Shown: piece after piece, positions 46,284 to 55,016 of the stretch
Layout: the number at the start of each line of letters is the position of its first letter
How positions within the stretch are numbered: position 1 is the first letter of the stretch
Origin: an uncultured Pseudanabaenaceae cyanobacterium
GTDB taxonomy: Bacteria > Cyanobacteriota > Cyanobacteriia > PCC-9006 > JAAUQQ01
Assembly: GCA_937949725.1 (NCBI GenBank)
Contig: CALECT010000074.1
Coordinates: 7,683 to 71,682, forward strand
DNA: 64,000 nucleotides
Reading direction: 5' to 3'
Notes under the pieces: model-generated
Database searches by the model: none
Told to the model about the DNA's origin: nothing
What the model saw: only the letters and a program-made list of their open reading frames with translations
Position numbers and translations under genes: made by a program

Positions 46284-47216
46284 ATGGAAGTTTTTCGCAA
46301 CTGGACCAACGAACATCGTCAACAGTTTCGCAAGCGGAATATCGCGGTTCAGCATCGCCTGAGCGAAACGGGTTTATTCACTGACGAAGCTCTAGCAAAC
46401 TTGCTGGACCGCCACCCCAGCAGCAAGCTTGACGTCATGACGATGGGGAGTCCGGACGGGCCTTACCCCAATGCACTCCAAGACGGAGATCCAAGGGGCT
46501 GCTCCGGCAAGGTGCTGATCGAGGCAGCCAAGGCAGGTAGGCTCTGGATCAATGTACGAGAAGCCATGAACATCTACCCGGAGTACAAACGGGTTCTAGA
46601 CATGATGTATGGCGAAATCTCTGAGCGCACAGGCATCCGTCGCTTCAACGCCAAGGGCGGCATCCTGATCTCCTCGCCCACCGCCGTAGTGCCTTATCAC
46701 TGCGATGCGAAGGAAACCATTCTGTGGCACATTCGCGGCAAAAAGCGATTTTACGCCTACCCCGCCACCAGTCAATATCTCCCCGATGAAGGCTATGAAG
46801 CCGTGGTACTACGGGAGCGGGACGAAGACTTGCCCTACAGCCCCAGCTTTGAGAATAATGCCGAAGTCTTTGATCTAGAGCCGGATCAGATGGTGTCTTG
46901 GCCCTTGAATGCGCCCCATCGCGTGGAGAACCAAACCTACTGTGTTTCCGTTACAACCGAGTTCAGCACCTTTGCCAGTGCCTTTAAGAATGGAGTCACA
47001 GTGACCAATGGTTTGATGCGTCGCAAGCTGGGGATGAATCCTAGTTGGTATCGCGATTCTCTGCCTGCAAAAGCTGCAAAATTTGCTCTGGGGCAAGTAC
47101 TGAAAAAGACACCAATGTACGAACAGAGTCTGCGGGATTCGTTTATGACGTTCAAGGTTGACCAGAAGCAGCCCGGCTATATCGTCAACATGGAGCCAGT
47201 GCTGCGGCATTTTTAG
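46284..47216 (+). CDS. Cupin/JmjC-like Fe(II)/2-oxoglutarate oxygenase superfamily protein
   Basis: Facial-triad-like HxD...H (VPYHCDAKE ... NAPHRVEN) within a beta-rich core. Confidence 0.7.
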   Translation: MEVFRNWTNEHRQQFRKRNIAVQHRLSETGLFTDEALANLLDRHPSSKLDVMTMGSPDGPYPNALQDGDPRGCSGKVLIEAAKAGRLWINVREAMNIYPEYKRVLDMMYGEISERTGIRRFNAKGGILISSPTAVVPYHCDAKETILWHIRGKKRFYAYPATSQYLPDEGYEAVVLRERDEDLPYSPSFENNAEVFDLEPDQMVSWPLNAPHRVENQTYCVSVTTEFSTFASAFKNGVTVTNGLMRRKLGMNPSWYRDSLPAKAAKFALGQVLKKTPMYEQSLRDSFMTFKVDQKQPGYIVNMEPVLRHF

Positions 47217-47226
47217 GCTACATTCG

Positions 47227-48759
47227 TCACAAGCCAAGTTGCTTAAGCATCTCTAGATGCTTCGAGACTGGGGCGATCGCATGAGCCGCAACCATCCCGC
47301 TCGCCGCCACCGCAGGCAATCCAATCCCTGGGAAGGTCGAATCGCCACAGCAGTAAAAGCCCTTTAGAGGTGTGGCAGGGAAGGGGAACATCGCCTTGCC
47401 TGCCGCCAAAGCAGGGCCATAGCTGCCATGGTGTCGCCGGAGAAATCTGCCGTGGGTTAGGGGTGTGCCTATAAGGGTGACTTCGGCGCGATCGCGAATG
47501 TCCGGTATCACCCGCTCCAGGGCTTGCCACATGGGTTGCGATCGCTCCGCCTTCAACTGCTGATATTCATCACTCTTCCGATCCAGCCCTCGCCAAAGCT
47601 CAAACGGCTCATTCCCCGGCGTGTAGACGTGAATCGTATGCTTACCCGCCGGAGCCAAACTTGGATCCAACAGCGACGGAATCGAGATCAGCACCACGTT
47701 TTGAGGAGCCGTAATCCCTAACTCCCAATCATTGACGCAGATATAGTGACAAGCCAAATTCTCTGGCAAACCCGCTGCATCAATGCCCAGGTGCAGATGC
47801 ATAAAACTGTCGCATTCCGGCGTCGCCTCTCGCTGCTGCATAAATGATTGGGGCACCGCTTCCTCAGGCAAAAGCTTGAGCATGTCCCAAACAGATGCAT
47901 TAGCAACCACAGCGATATTCACCCGCAGCTCCTCGCCGTTGCGTAGACGAACGCCCATCGCCTTGCCGTTCTCCACCAGCACCTGCTCCACATGGGCAGA
48001 CAGGCGCAACGCCCCACCATGCTTCTCTATGCCTCGCACGAAGGCTTCTACCAGTGCTGCACTGCCACCAACGGGATAGTCTAGCTGAACATCCGGACGA
48101 TACCAGTCAGCAAACATAAACGATACTGCCGCCGCACTGGTTTCTTCCGCAGGTAGGCCAGAAAGCAGAAAGCTAAGTAGCTGGAGCCAGTTGCGAATGA
48201 AAGGGTCGGTGACCACCTGATTCATCAAGTCGCCAAAGGGTCCCGTGAGTTTAGGGATTGCGGGGAGATGCTTGAGCAACTGAGGTAGGCTGCGGCCTAC
48301 GGTTTGGATAGCACCGAGGTTGGGGCGGAGGTTAGCAACGGGGAGGGCGATCGCGGCCTTTGAGTAAGGCTCCATAAACGCCTGAAGCTCGCGCCACTCC
48401 ACCACGGCATCCGGCCCCCGCAGCCGCTCCAGCACAACAGTAAATTGCTCTGCCCCCACTTGGGTGTCAAATTCCCCCTCGGGCAACAAGCAGCCCCAGG
48501 TGTCGTAGTTCACCCAATCCACATCCTCACCAATGGCATCTAAGATCTGGCGCAGGGGATTGGGGGACGGACTGTAGGACAGACCAGAGTAGAGCGACGG
48601 GCCTGAATCAAACTTAAAGCCACCCCGCTCAAAACCATGGGCAGCTTCTCCCGGCAGGCTATGGCTCTCGCAAACGGTGACGCGGTAGCCATAGCGAGCC
48701 AGTAGCGCAGCACAGCTCAGACCACCAATGCCGCTGCCAATAACAATAATGTCAGTCAT
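47227..48759 (-). CDS. Phytoene-desaturase-family FAD oxidoreductase (CrtISO/CrtH-like)
   Basis: N-terminal IVIGSGIGGLSCAALLARYGYRVTVCESH and C-terminal GDSTFPGIGLPAVAASG, characteristic of the amine-oxidase/CrtI superfamily. Confidence 0.85.
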   Translation of the reverse strand: MTDIIVIGSGIGGLSCAALLARYGYRVTVCESHSLPGEAAHGFERGGFKFDSGPSLYSGLSYSPSPNPLRQILDAIGEDVDWVNYDTWGCLLPEGEFDTQVGAEQFTVVLERLRGPDAVVEWRELQAFMEPYSKAAIALPVANLRPNLGAIQTVGRSLPQLLKHLPAIPKLTGPFGDLMNQVVTDPFIRNWLQLLSFLLSGLPAEETSAAAVSFMFADWYRPDVQLDYPVGGSAALVEAFVRGIEKHGGALRLSAHVEQVLVENGKAMGVRLRNGEELRVNIAVVANASVWDMLKLLPEEAVPQSFMQQREATPECDSFMHLHLGIDAAGLPENLACHYICVNDWELGITAPQNVVLISIPSLLDPSLAPAGKHTIHVYTPGNEPFELWRGLDRKSDEYQQLKAERSQPMWQALERVIPDIRDRAEVTLIGTPLTHGRFLRRHHGSYGPALAAGKAMFPFPATPLKGFYCCGDSTFPGIGLPAVAASGMVAAHAIAPVSKHLEMLKQLGL

Positions 48760-48820
48760 GAAACGGTGACTAAAGCGAGCAAGAAGAGGCCATCAAGTCA
48801 GATTGTCGGAGTTAGGATGG

Positions 48821-49222
48821 CTAGCGATCGCCAACAGAGCCTCGCCATTCCAAAATTTTCTGGGCATAGGCCTTTTGCTGCATAAGGCGATCGGCCTTGA
48901 GGCGCAGCTCCTCCAGCTCCTTAGTTTCCTCTGGCTCAAGTGCTCCATCCCGATGCAGCTCTAGCAAATCACCAAAGCGCTGGTAATGGGCTTGACTCAC
49001 CTTGGATTGGGAGATTTGAACCAGTTTTTCATGGCCTAGCTGCTGCATTTGCAGCATTGCGGCCTCTGCCTCAGGGTTGTCAACCTCAGGCATGGGCGGC
49101 ATATTACGCACCACAATATCAGCAACAATCTGCTCAAGAGATTGACGGGTAACCTTGGAGAGCTTTTCGAGCTGCTGATAAACCGCTGGGGGCAGCTCAA
49201 GAATGATGGGACGGGGCTCCAT
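48821..49222 (-). CDS. Hypothetical protein (133 aa), helical
   Basis: ATG ORF with native composition. No motif recognised. Confidence 0.55.
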   Translation of the reverse strand: MEPRPIILELPPAVYQQLEKLSKVTRQSLEQIVADIVVRNMPPMPEVDNPEAEAAMLQMQQLGHEKLVQISQSKVSQAHYQRFGDLLELHRDGALEPEETKELEELRLKADRLMQQKAYAQKILEWRGSVGDR

Positions 49223-49395
49223 GGCAAGGATTTTCGAGAGACACTGTGATTTCGCTTATCTATTGTACGTTTTGCAGCCCCCAGATTCAGTGTTTTTGGA
49301 AACAGCTCTGAAACTAGACCAACAGTTCTCACGACATGAAGCGTTCACCCCCACAAATGGCCTAGCCCGTCGTTATCGTGAAATCAAAGTTTGTC

Positions 49396-49530
49396 TCAGC
49401 TCAGTGCGGGCAAATCGCGAACGGCGGCGCTGAGATCAACGGGGCGGAGGCACAGTTTGAGGGCAATTTGCTTGGGAGAGACTTGGCGATCGCGCAGGCG
49501 ATAGATTTCTTCAAACTGCTCAGAAGTCAT
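49396..49530 (-). CDS. Candidate 44-aa small ORF (below the track threshold)
   Basis: My translation is MTSEQFEEIYRLRDRQVSPKQIALKLCLRPVDLSAAVRDLPALS, with a helix-turn-helix-like QVSPKQIALKL segment. No clear RBS. Confidence 0.3.
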   Translation of the reverse strand: MTSEQFEEIYRLRDRQVSPKQIALKLCLRPVDLSAAVRDLPALS

Positions 49531-49686
49531 GACAATCCAAAGGTCGCGATGATCAGAGCCGACTGTATCTTAGTTCAATGGCTTAGCTAATTGGGCGGCG
49601 TCAGATACCGGGGGTTTTGGAAAACACCCGATGTCTGAGTGCTCCTCCCCACCAGTACGATAACGACATCTTCTTTTTACGATCCC

Positions 49687-50337
49687 ATGCCTCAACTCAT
49701 CGACCTTAGCCACACCGTCGAAGCTGGCATGATCACCTACAAAGGCGTCCCCGCACCTATCATCTGCGACTACCTCAGTCGCGAAGCCTCCAAACAGCTC
49801 TACGGCCCCGACACCAGCTTCCATATCGGCAAAATCGAATTGGTCGCCAACACCGGCACCTACCTAGACAGTCCCTTCCACCGCTACGCCAAAGGCAAAG
49901 ACCTCTCCGAGCTTCCCCTAGAATCTCTCGCCCAGCTCCCCGGCATTTGCGTCAACGCCCTGGGCAGGTCCGTTATTGATGCCGACAGCTTCACCGATCT
50001 CGACCTGGGAGGCAAAGCCGTCCTCATCCGCACTGGCTGGGACAAGAACTGGCGCACGGACCAATATTTTGAGAACTTTCCCTACCTCACCGCATCAGCC
50101 GCCCAACACCTCAAAGATGCAGGCGCAACTCTAGTCGGCATCGACTCCTACAACATCGACAGCACCGCCGATGGCCAACGTCCCGTTCACAGCATTTTAC
50201 TGGGAGCAGAGATCCCCATCGTTGAGCATATGTGCAACCTGGATCAGTTGGGCAAGCAGGCATTCACCTTCCACGCTGTTCCCGTCAAAATCAAACAGTT
50301 CGGCACCTTCCCCGTGCGTGCCTATGCCGTCCTGTAG
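49687..50337 (+). CDS. Cyclase-family protein (kynurenine formamidase-like fold)
   Basis: MPQLIDLSHTVE..., LIRTGWD, LVGIDSYNID, VHSILLGAEIPIVEH. The metal motif is divergent (NTGTYLDSPFH). Confidence 0.8.
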   Translation: MPQLIDLSHTVEAGMITYKGVPAPIICDYLSREASKQLYGPDTSFHIGKIELVANTGTYLDSPFHRYAKGKDLSELPLESLAQLPGICVNALGRSVIDADSFTDLDLGGKAVLIRTGWDKNWRTDQYFENFPYLTASAAQHLKDAGATLVGIDSYNIDSTADGQRPVHSILLGAEIPIVEHMCNLDQLGKQAFTFHAVPVKIKQFGTFPVRAYAVL

Positions 50338-50402
50338 GGGCGGGTTTAGCAGGAAAATTTAGAAGCTACACCACAATCTTGGTCAAAACCCGCCCCTACA
50401 GG
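50331..50402. repeat. Perfect 17-bp inverted repeat (GGGCGGGTTT family) between convergent genes
   Basis: cctgtaggggcgggttt (50331-47) and aaacccgcccctacagg (50386-402) are exact reverse complements. The left arm contains the stop codon of the cyclase gene. Confidence 0.9.
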
Positions 50403-50431
50403 ACGCGATGCCCCGGCTTTATGCGTCAGGG

Positions 50432-51634
50432 CTATGCGTTGGGGTTGGGTCGATCGCCTGCCTGGAACCGCAACCAGGAATCCTTCACCGACTGGGGCGC
50501 AGGATTCTTGTGGTCATACACCACCAAAACATTAGTCAAAGGCCGACTGGCATCCAGCAGCACCTTGCCCCGGTGGGCCAGGGCTCCAGACGTCCCCCCA
50601 TCCAAATTCATCGCCTCGTAGCAGCCCAGATCCTTCATGGCATGGGCTTCGCGCTCCAGGGTCATGCTGTGCAGGAACGTTGCCAAAATCAACTTGTCGC
50701 CATTCTTCGGGAATCCGATCGCCGTCCTAGACCCCACCCCCAACACACTAGGATCACGAAAGCCCTCACTCTTCGGCGCAATCCAAAACTTCCCCTTCCG
50801 CAGCAGCCTAGGTCCGCCAGTCAAAGAAAACCAATGCTCATGCCAATGGGGTTTGCCATCGGTACGAGCCGTGACCATCTCTAGCTTGCGCCCCTCCCGC
50901 AAGCCCAGGGTGGTGCCGTAGTTCTCCCAGCGGCTGTACTTCAGGAAGCGGCCCTCCGCCACCATGTTGCCCATGACTCGCTTTTGATGGTCCTTACTAA
51001 AGAAAGTTGCATTAGCAAGTACAGCAGCGGGATAGCGTTCAACAAAACCAGAGAACTCTTCATCCCCCACAGATTGTTTATTGCTATTGGCCTTGGTGGC
51101 ATTCTTGGCCAAGCCCATGGTGATGAAGGTGTCGGGATCCATCAGATCAATCGTGGTGCGATAGAGGGGCATACCTTTAATGGCGATGCGTTCCACCTTG
51201 ACCGGGCTGGAAACTCGTTTCCCCTGCACCGGCTCCGCAAACTGCACCGGCTCCGCACCCGCCTGGGGAGGCACCACCTCATCAGCAATGGAGATGGATG
51301 TTTCCGCAACTGGATTAAAGCTATCGCGAGCCGGTTGCTGCAATGCATTCACACTGAGCGGAACCTGGGCATCGGGCTGCTTGAGACTGGCCAGTAAGGG
51401 CCCTCGCAATCTAGGAGGCCAGCCCTTTGTCAGCCCCTCTGCCAAGGCATACCAGTCCGTTTGCCAAAGATTGGGCCGGAGCGCAAAAAAACGTCCTATT
51501 AAAATGCCACCCAGGAGCAAAAAGCCACGGCGGGTCCAGCGCTGGGAAAGGCGATCGCCCTCATGGCGACGGCGGCGCTTTCGAGCCAGGGAATAAGGAT
51601 TGGGATAGGGATTCAGGGGATCGTGCTGAGCCAT
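50432..51634 (-). CDS. Phosphodiester glycosidase family protein (DUF2233)
   Basis: VLANATFF, SRTAIGF, and YEAMNLDGGTSGAL motifs, with an N-terminal TM anchor. Confidence 0.8.
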   Translation of the reverse strand: MAQHDPLNPYPNPYSLARKRRRRHEGDRLSQRWTRRGFLLLGGILIGRFFALRPNLWQTDWYALAEGLTKGWPPRLRGPLLASLKQPDAQVPLSVNALQQPARDSFNPVAETSISIADEVVPPQAGAEPVQFAEPVQGKRVSSPVKVERIAIKGMPLYRTTIDLMDPDTFITMGLAKNATKANSNKQSVGDEEFSGFVERYPAAVLANATFFSKDHQKRVMGNMVAEGRFLKYSRWENYGTTLGLREGRKLEMVTARTDGKPHWHEHWFSLTGGPRLLRKGKFWIAPKSEGFRDPSVLGVGSRTAIGFPKNGDKLILATFLHSMTLEREAHAMKDLGCYEAMNLDGGTSGALAHRGKVLLDASRPLTNVLVVYDHKNPAPQSVKDSWLRFQAGDRPNPNA

Positions 51635-51695
51635 AGATGGCGGGATGCGGGGACCGAGAAGGTCTGGACCAGTAAAGTTGCATTCAATACTTTAC

Positions 51696-51932
51696 TCAGT
51701 CCTTCCGGGGCTTTAACCAAAGGAAATAAATCAAAACACCGAGTTGTACGGGCACTAACATTGCCATGGGTTTCATCCCGGCAGACATCTCCAAACCGCT
51801 GAAGGTGCCGAAGTAGCCTGCACCTAGGGTACTGAGCATCAGCGCAAGGATGACTTTCTTGGGGGTTAGGCTTCGCAACATCGATTTTCTCCTAGCTGTA
51901 GAAAGCGCAAAGTAACGTGATTGGGCTTTCAT
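51696..51932 (-). CDS. Small membrane protein, hypothetical
   Basis: Two hydrophobic helices. Alternative ATG starts at 51932 and 51881. Confidence 0.4.
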   Translation of the reverse strand: MKAQSRYFALSTARRKSMLRSLTPKKVILALMLSTLGAGYFGTFSGLEMSAGMKPMAMLVPVQLGVLIYFLWLKPRKD

Positions 51933-52078
51933 TCCACGGCCTTTAGAAGTCCGGATATTGAAAGGATTAGCCCTTTAGGAACGAGGATTTTTAATCCCAC
52001 AATCTGATTAGCCCTACTTTAAATAGGTAGAAAAGAGGAGCTAATTTAAACTGAGTTTGATGGTCAAACAACCAAACT

Positions 52079-52229
52079 CTTGCCTTAGCCCTTAACTCCT
52101 AAGGTCGCAAGGAAACCTGAGGCAAAAACGACGCTTTCAGCCCTAACTTTTCCCGCGCCCCAAGGAGAGGGAGTAGGCTTCGCCATGAGCATGCCGAATG
52201 AGGAGAGGATGTATTGCCCGAACTCAAGT
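52079..52229 (+). repeat. Dispersed element of about 155 bp (MITE-like), copy 2
   Basis: Full-length alignment by eye with 15549-15705, same orientation. Confidence 0.8.
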
Positions 52230-52247
52230 CAATTTAATTCCTATTCC

Positions 52248-52763
52248 TTAGAGCTGCTGGGCTCCAACTCGAATAAATTGCCACAGGCCGGAAGCTTCCA
52301 CAGCGACTGGCACCGTGCCATAGGCGCTCAGCAAGCGGATGGCGTAGTAGAGCAACATCGCGATCGCCAGTCCAGCAAAGCTCACGGGATAGCGCTGGCA
52401 AAAGCCAAACAGATTCCAGCGGCGCGGTAAGGACCGTCTGGAGCCTAGCTCCAGCGCAGCTTGCAAGAAGCCCCAAGCAAAGAGCAAAAACAGCGGCGGT
52501 CCAAAGAGATTGAACTGAATGGCGCGGAGGAAGTCTCCCTGGGCGATCGCCACAAAGGAGCGAGTCAGCCCACAACCCGGCCCAAAGAAACCATAGGTCT
52601 GCTGAAACGAGCAATCCCCTTCGCCTAGTGGCAAGCCATAGCCGTAGACAAACGCCCCAAGCAATGGCACTGCTGACGAACTCAGCAGCCCCCAGCGCCA
52701 CCAACGATTCCGAGAGGAAATTCGCCTGGGCAAGAGTGATGCGGTGGGAGACTTCACAGACAT
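52248..52763 (-). CDS. DUF2752-domain membrane protein
   Basis: The GPGCGLTRSFVAIAQGDF motif is the DUF2752 hallmark. ATG 52763 preferred over GTG 52784. The overlapping ORF 52234..52704 is rejected. Confidence 0.75.
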   Translation of the reverse strand: MSVKSPTASLLPRRISSRNRWWRWGLLSSSAVPLLGAFVYGYGLPLGEGDCSFQQTYGFFGPGCGLTRSFVAIAQGDFLRAIQFNLFGPPLFLLFAWGFLQAALELGSRRSLPRRWNLFGFCQRYPVSFAGLAIAMLLYYAIRLLSAYGTVPVAVEASGLWQFIRVGAQQL

Positions 52764-52839
52764 TGTCGTTTTACCAAATCTCACTCTACTTCAGCCCAGA
52801 GGAGGTTTGCTCCACTGGGTGGCTTAGACAATGAAAGGT

Positions 52840-53163
52840 CTAGAACCAAGGCTTATTGCCGGTGACATAAGTCTGCACGAACTCTTCATCACTCTTAGTC
52901 AAGTAAATGATTCCTTCTACCAGCCCAATGATCCCCATCGCCATGCTGGCAAAACCGGTGAGACCAAAAGTTAGGCAAGACAGAACAAATCCACCCAACG
53001 TGACTGCAAGCATGATGATGCCTTCTTGCTGGTATCCCAAAATAAATTTGTGAACGCCAAGGCCACCTAGCAGAATGCCGCAAATGCCTGCCGCAATTTT
53101 TTTGTCAGCCCCACCGCTGGAAGAAGGAGATGGCTCGGGAGTGGGGTTAGGGGACTCAGTCAT
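52840..53163 (-). CDS. TM2-domain protein
   Basis: KKIAAGICGILLGGLGVHKFILGYQQEGIIML matches the TM2 pattern. Confidence 0.8.
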   Translation of the reverse strand: MTESPNPTPEPSPSSSGGADKKIAAGICGILLGGLGVHKFILGYQQEGIIMLAVTLGGFVLSCLTFGLTGFASMAMGIIGLVEGIIYLTKSDEEFVQTYVTGNKPWF

Positions 53164-53754
53164 GGACTTTACTCCGGGTGAATGGATGAAAACGAAACTG
53201 ACCCCAAGAACGGGTCCACTGGTCGCCCACCAATTGGTGAACTCACAGCTTACTTAGGCAAACAATGCCTGGACTATGCAGCCTGGCGATCGCCCCAAGG
53301 CCTAGGTTGCTCAGTCGAGCGCAAAAAGAGAGGCGATTTATTTACCTAGAGGATTCCCAAGAATCCATAGCAGGGCTGAATATAACGCAATTTTTTAATT
53401 TTTCTAGCTGAAAAGAATATATGTCTCCCCCAGAGCTGCACATAAAGGCGGGAGATTGAGAAATCGCCTTGCAAAGGGTGCAAAAGACGAAGAAACGTAA
53501 TCAGCGACTTAAATCATCCTTAATAGGGAATCCGCTACCTAAAAACCACGTTATTTTCATGACCGGATAGCACAAGCGGATTCCCGCTAGTGCGAACGTA
53601 TCTATGCCATTACAGTGGCTAGCGAGCGCTCACTCAGTTTTGGCTGAAATGGGCCTCAACGCGATCGCCATTACGCCATCAACCGCGAATGGCCAATGCA
53701 ACTCTGGTGTATCCCACACCACCCAACTTTCCATCAATTTTCAGGAGATATCCC

Positions 53755-54096
53755 ATGGGTTGGTTAAAAAGAATGTTCAAGAAGGACAAGCCCGCTTCGG
53801 CTTCCGTTTCCCCTAAAGCTGTCGGCAAAGCGCCCGACGGTGGCGACATCGCCGATTGCAAGCTGGGCCTAGAAGGTGAGTTTGATGAGAGCGGTCTCGC
53901 CAAGCGTGTTGCCCTGGCCTATGACAACGATGCTGCTCTTGATGATGAGGACCGTCTGTGGGTCGCTCAGCTCAGCAGCAAAGTTGTACTCAAGGGTGAA
54001 GTTGCCGACCAAGGCACTCTCGACAAGATGGTCAGCGTCGCCAAAGGCGTTAAAGGCTGCACCGATGTCGATACCAGTGCCGTCACAGTGGGTTAG
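53755..54096 (+). CDS. BON-domain-like protein
   Basis: AGGAGA sits 6-7 nt upstream of ATG 53755. The C-terminal VVLKGEVADQGTLDKMVSVAKGVKGCTDVDTSAVTV fits the BON pattern. Confidence 0.65.
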   Translation: MGWLKRMFKKDKPASASVSPKAVGKAPDGGDIADCKLGLEGEFDESGLAKRVALAYDNDAALDDEDRLWVAQLSSKVVLKGEVADQGTLDKMVSVAKGVKGCTDVDTSAVTVG

Positions 54097-54240
54097 CATC
54101 TCAATTCATTTGAGATAAAGCGTAGGGGTAAGAGCAATCTTGCTCCTACGTCGTTTTTAGATTGCTTGGGCACAAGTAATCGCAGTCGAGACTAATCTCC
54201 CCGCAAAATCTTGAGTTCGGTTGGCCTAAAGCTGCACTCA

Positions 54241-54326
54241 CCCCTAGCCCCTCTCCCTGGGGAGAGGGGAACCAGCAAGAGCCTTGCTTCCGATCCCCCT
54301 TCTCCCTTAGGAGAAGGGGCTAGGGG
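54241..54326. repeat. 86-bp nested palindromic element
   Basis: The outer arm cccctagcccctctcc pairs with ggagaaggggctagggg. Internal hairpins ctctccctggggagag and agcaagagccttgct. Confidence 0.8.
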
Positions 54327-54401
54327 ATGAGGTCAGCCTGGGCCAGACAAACATTAAGGCAACCCAATATTTCATTCATTTCACGAAAGAAGAGAAAAAC
54401 C

Positions 54402-54920
54402 ATGGGCATGTTCGACATCATCGCTGGGGCGATCGCCAATCCCAGCACCCAGGGCAGCAATAGCCAGGTGGGCAATATCCTCAACGTAGTCCAGCAAGTT
54501 GCTGGGGGCCAGGGAGGCAACGCCGCAGCCACACCAGCGCTCATGTCTACCGTGGGGGGCTTCGTCCGCTCCTCCCTCAAGGAAAAGCGCCAGACCCAAG
54601 GCAACGCCGCTGTGGAAGGTCTAATCAATCAATTTGCAGGCACCAACCCCAATGCCGCTGCGGTGCAAGCCTTGTTTAGCCAAGGTCAGCAGGGCCAGGT
54701 GGCCGAAGCCGTTTCCCAAAAGACCGGCATGAACAGCCAGGCCATTATCGCCATGCTGCCTGTGCTTGTCCCCCTCGTGCTGAACCTGCTCAAAACCGGC
54801 TCCAGCAAGGCTGAAGCCGCTTCCGCAGGCAATCCCGTACTGAATGCGTTCTTAGATAGCGATCGCGACGGCGATGTGGATCTAGGCGACATCATGGGCC
54901 ATGCGGCTAAGTTCCTGTAG
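54402..54920 (+). CDS. DUF937-family protein
   Basis: MGMFDIIAGAI... start and C-terminal LDSDRDGDVDLGDIMGHAAKFL, typical of DUF937/YidB-like proteins. Confidence 0.75.
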   Translation: MGMFDIIAGAIANPSTQGSNSQVGNILNVVQQVAGGQGGNAAATPALMSTVGGFVRSSLKEKRQTQGNAAVEGLINQFAGTNPNAAAVQALFSQGQQGQVAEAVSQKTGMNSQAIIAMLPVLVPLVLNLLKTGSSKAEAASAGNPVLNAFLDSDRDGDVDLGDIMGHAAKFL

Positions 54921-55016
54921 GCATTCATTGGGTAATCGGTAATGCGCCTAAGGACATTGCCCATTACCGATTGCCGCTGGATCCCTCCCTCCTAACTCCC
55001 CCTTTGCGATCGCTCT

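Noticed and set aside
52234-52704. 156-aa ORF overlapping the DUF2752 gene in another frame.
   Set aside because: The competing frame carries the diagnostic GPGCGLTRSF motif. This frame has no motif and a Leu/Arg/Ala-rich composition.
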